The position numbers were made by a program, and so were the translations under genes. The notes under the pieces were generated by a model. That model was not told the DNA's origin. It worked only from the letters and a program-made list of their open reading frames with translations, and ran no database searches. Of a DNA stretch of 64,000 bases, positions 57,404 to 64,000 are shown piece after piece; the stretch's first letter is position 1, and each line of letters opens with the position of its first letter. Source of the stretch: Candidatus Latescibacterota bacterium (lineage in GTDB: Bacteria > Latescibacterota > UBA2968); the NCBI GenBank assembly GCA_965208125.1, contig OZ242320.1:832001-896000 (forward strand). Direction: 5' to 3'.

Positions 57404-59485
57404 TCACGCTTCTACCAACTCGCGATCGTGTTCGGACTCCTCAATAACCTTTTGCGTCACATCGTGAGGAGCAGACTCATAGTGGGAAAACGCCATGGTA
57501 TAATCGCCTGTGCCCTGCGTCATAGAACGAAGAGAAGTCGAATACTTATAAAGATCGGCCAGCGGAACTTCGGCGTGAATAACCTGGAAATTACCTTCGG
57601 GATCCATGCCTTGAATACGCCCGCGTCGCCCATTGAGATCCGCCATCACATCTCCCATATAGGAATCGGGAACAACGACGCGAACCTTATAGATGGGTTC
57701 TAACAAAATGGGTCTGGCATCCATAAATGCATTTTGAAATGCGAAAGAACCGGCCAGCTTAAAAGCCATATCAGAAGAGTCAACCGGATGGAAAGACCCA
57801 TCGTAAACCGTGACCTGTGTATCGACAACGGGATATCCGGCGAGCACACCGCGTTGCATGCATTCCACAACACCTTTTTCAACAGCCGGAATAAATTTTC
57901 CGGGAATCGCACCGCCTACAACCTCGTCTATAAATTCGAAACCATCACCGCGCTGCCTGGGCGCAATGCGCAAATAAGCTTCGCCATATTGACCGCGCCC
58001 ACCGCTTTGTTTTCTGTGCCGATACTGAGCTTCTGCACGCGAAAGAATGGTCTCGCGGTACGGTATTCTCGGTTCGGCCACTTCTATATCCACGCCAAAC
58101 TTGCTCTTCAACTTGTCAAACACAACCGTCAAGTGCAACTCGCCCTGTCCCTGCGCAATAATCTGACGCAATTCCGAGTCATACCCGGCGACAAAGCTCG
58201 GATCTTCTTCGTGAATGCTTTGCAATCCCGCGCTAATTTTGTCTTCGTCGCCTCGTGATTTGGGTTCTACGGCCACGCGAATCAAAGGGTGTGGAAATTC
58301 GACCGGCTGAATTTGCAAGCGCGTGTTTCTGCTGCAAAGGGTATTGCCCGTATGCGTGTCCTTTAGCTTGATCAACGCGCCAATATCACCTGCGCCCACA
58401 ACGTCCATATCCTCGCGCTTTCCGCCACTCATCGAATAAATTTGACCGATGCGCTCACTGGCTCGGCGATTGGGATTAAATACATCGTCACCAGATTGGA
58501 CACTGCCGGAATACACGCGCAAAAATGACAGATCACCTACAGACTCGGAAATCGTTTTGAACACCACGGCAGCCAGAGGATCACCATCGCTTACAGTAAG
58601 TGCTACTTCTTCTTCGGATCCTTCTTTATAGGCTGTGGGAATTGGCAAGTCGAGCGGACCGGGTGCGAATGCAGAAAGAAAATCGAGCAATAAATCAACA
58701 CCGATATTTTTGTTGGCGGCACTCACAAAAATGGGAAACAAAGTGCGATTGACCATCCCAATTTTTAATCCTTGTGCGATCTCTTCGTCTGTCAATTCCC
58801 CTTCTTCTAAATAGCGCTCAATCAGATCATCATCGCTTTCTGCCGCCCCTTCAACCACCTGTTCCCTCAAGTCCTCAGCCTGGTCTTGCCATTCCTCGGG
58901 AATCTCTGAAGCCTCGGCTTTGCCATCGGTATAGGTTACCAATTTCATCTGCAAAATATCGATGATCTGATTAAACCCCTCGCCGACATTGACCGGAATC
59001 TGAAAGGGAACAGCCCCATTTCCAAAATGCTCCTGGATTGCCGCAAGCGCACCATCGCAATCGGCAAATTCCCGATTGACGTGATTGATTAAAAACACAG
59101 TTGCGCGATTAAATTCATCGGCAAAACCAAACGCCTTATCTGTTCCAATCTCTACACCACTGGACGCATTGACCAGCGTAAGGGCAATATCAGATGCCCA
59201 AATCGCAGCTTTGGCATCGCCAATAAAGTCGGCATAACCCGGAGCATCCAAAATATTCATTTTGGTACCCTTCCAATCGCAGTGCAACATGGATGTACTG
59301 ATAGAGATTTGGCGCTCAATCTCCGCATCGGTATAATCCGACATCGTATTTCCTTCATCGACTACCCCGAGTCGATTGGTCGCACCAGCAGAAAACACCA
59401 TGGCTTCGGCAACGGACGTCTTGCCCGTGCCGCCGTGACCCGAGAGGGCGATGTTCCTGATATTTTCAGGTGTATATCTATTCAC
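57404..59485 (-). CDS. fusA: Elongation factor G paralogue (EF-G2-like)
   Basis: GHGGTGKT, ERQISI, DAPGYADF, KQSGGRGQYG, YDGSFHPVDSS; GTG 59485 with SD AAGGAGG; not in an str operon. Confidence 0.9.
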   Translation of the reverse strand: MNRYTPENIRNIALSGHGGTGKTSVAEAMVFSAGATNRLGVVDEGNTMSDYTDAEIERQISISTSMLHCDWKGTKMNILDAPGYADFIGDAKAAIWASDIALTLVNASSGVEIGTDKAFGFADEFNRATVFLINHVNREFADCDGALAAIQEHFGNGAVPFQIPVNVGEGFNQIIDILQMKLVTYTDGKAEASEIPEEWQDQAEDLREQVVEGAAESDDDLIERYLEEGELTDEEIAQGLKIGMVNRTLFPIFVSAANKNIGVDLLLDFLSAFAPGPLDLPIPTAYKEGSEEEVALTVSDGDPLAAVVFKTISESVGDLSFLRVYSGSVQSGDDVFNPNRRASERIGQIYSMSGGKREDMDVVGAGDIGALIKLKDTHTGNTLCSRNTRLQIQPVEFPHPLIRVAVEPKSRGDEDKISAGLQSIHEEDPSFVAGYDSELRQIIAQGQGELHLTVVFDKLKSKFGVDIEVAEPRIPYRETILSRAEAQYRHRKQSGGRGQYGEAYLRIAPRQRGDGFEFIDEVVGGAIPGKFIPAVEKGVVECMQRGVLAGYPVVDTQVTVYDGSFHPVDSSDMAFKLAGSFAFQNAFMDARPILLEPIYKVRVVVPDSYMGDVMADLNGRRGRIQGMDPEGNFQVIHAEVPLADLYKYSTSLRSMTQGTGDYTMAFSHYESAPHDVTQKVIEESEHDRELVEA

Positions 59486-59597
59486 AGTAACCTCCTTAAT
59501 ACCTATTAAATACTCGTTTTGAAATTCGAAAAATAAGGCGCGTATAATTGCAAAACAAACGGGTTTTGTCAAGCACTCTTTTGATCTTGTATAACAC

Positions 59598-59633
59598 AAA
59601 AAAAGCCCGGATTTTTATGTCCGAGCTTTTTTT
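59598..59633 (-). terminator. rRNA operon terminator
   Basis: A7-GCCCGGA..TCCGAGC-T7 hairpin immediately after 5S. Confidence 0.8.
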
Positions 59634-59636
59634 AAT

Positions 59637-59753
<117 letters not shown>

Positions 59754-59828
59754 AAAATTTAATTGAATGTGAATTGAGCATCAAACAACCAAACAAAGCA
59801 CAGAAGCGATCTGCTGAAAAATGTTAAA

Positions 59829-62858
<3,030 letters not shown>

Positions 62859-62986
62859 AAAACAGGTTTTCAGCAGATCACTACTGTGCTCTGCAAAGAA
62901 TCCATACTTCAGTTTGGCAAATTGTGTATACCCAATTCATATTCAATTGTCAAAGAGCAGTTACAAATTCTGTTAAAATACAACTT

Positions 62987-63062
62987 TGGTGGAGATAACC
63001 GGGATCGAACCGGTGACCTCCGGCTTGCAAAGCCGGCGCTCTCCCGTCTGAGCTATATCCCC
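62987..63062 (-). tRNA. tRNA-Ala(TGC)
   Basis: 76-nt cloverleaf GGGGATATAGCTCAG...TTGCAA...GGTTCGATCCC...CCACCA. Confidence 0.97.
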
Positions 63063-63079
63063 AAATATTTTAATTATTT

Positions 63080-63156
63080 TGGTGGGCCTAAGTGGAGTTG
63101 AACCACTGACCTCGCGCTTATCAGGCGCGCGCTCTAACCAACTGAGCTATAGGCCC
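63080..63156 (-). tRNA. tRNA-Ile(GAT)
   Basis: 77-nt cloverleaf GGGCCTATAGCTCAGTTGGTTAGAGC...CTGATAA...CCCACCA. Confidence 0.97.
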
Positions 63157-63272
63157 GCCTTAAAAAGCCGGGAAAAATCCCGGCTTTAAAAACCAAATAA
63201 CGTGCACATGCCAAACCTGGTATTGACCTTAGGAGTAGATGTAAGCGCCTGTAGCCTTACATCGCGTCTCCC

Positions 63273-64000
<728 letters not shown>

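Overview
64-kb chromosomal window from a diderm bacterium. PhyH, a DUF6785-like membrane protein, a 'DFDGNG..DFLLF' dockerin-like tail and TonB-dependent receptors suggest a Latescibacterota/Gemmatimonadota/Poribacteria-like, possibly sponge-associated lineage (inference only). Contents: archaeal-type aspS and pheST, ggt, ilvB, two ECF sigma modules, tandem TonB receptors, a form II coxSLMG-like cluster, cysK, a GH29 fucosidase, yebC-ruvCAB-tsaB-rimI, prpBCD, a divergent EF-G paralogue and the 3' part of an rRNA operon. No CRISPR, prophage or transposase is visible. Highlights the ORF track misses: (1) the '1607-aa' ORF is the C-terminal part of a 1686-aa secreted selenoprotein with a signal peptide, a redoxin domain carrying an in-frame UGA in a U-P-T-C motif with an fdhF-like SECIS, 14 tandem 105-aa Ig-like repeats and a dockerin-like tail; (2) several attenuators: an Asn/Asp-codon leader before the probably non-discriminating aspS, a Thr/Ile/Val/Leu leader before ilvB, a Phe T-box before pheST, and a leader-ORF attenuator of unknown signal before the VOC-ggt-methyltransferase genes; (3) a membrane-anchored ECF sigma ending in a T9SS-CTD/FlgD-like domain; (4) an EF-G2 whose NKxD motif reads NHVN.
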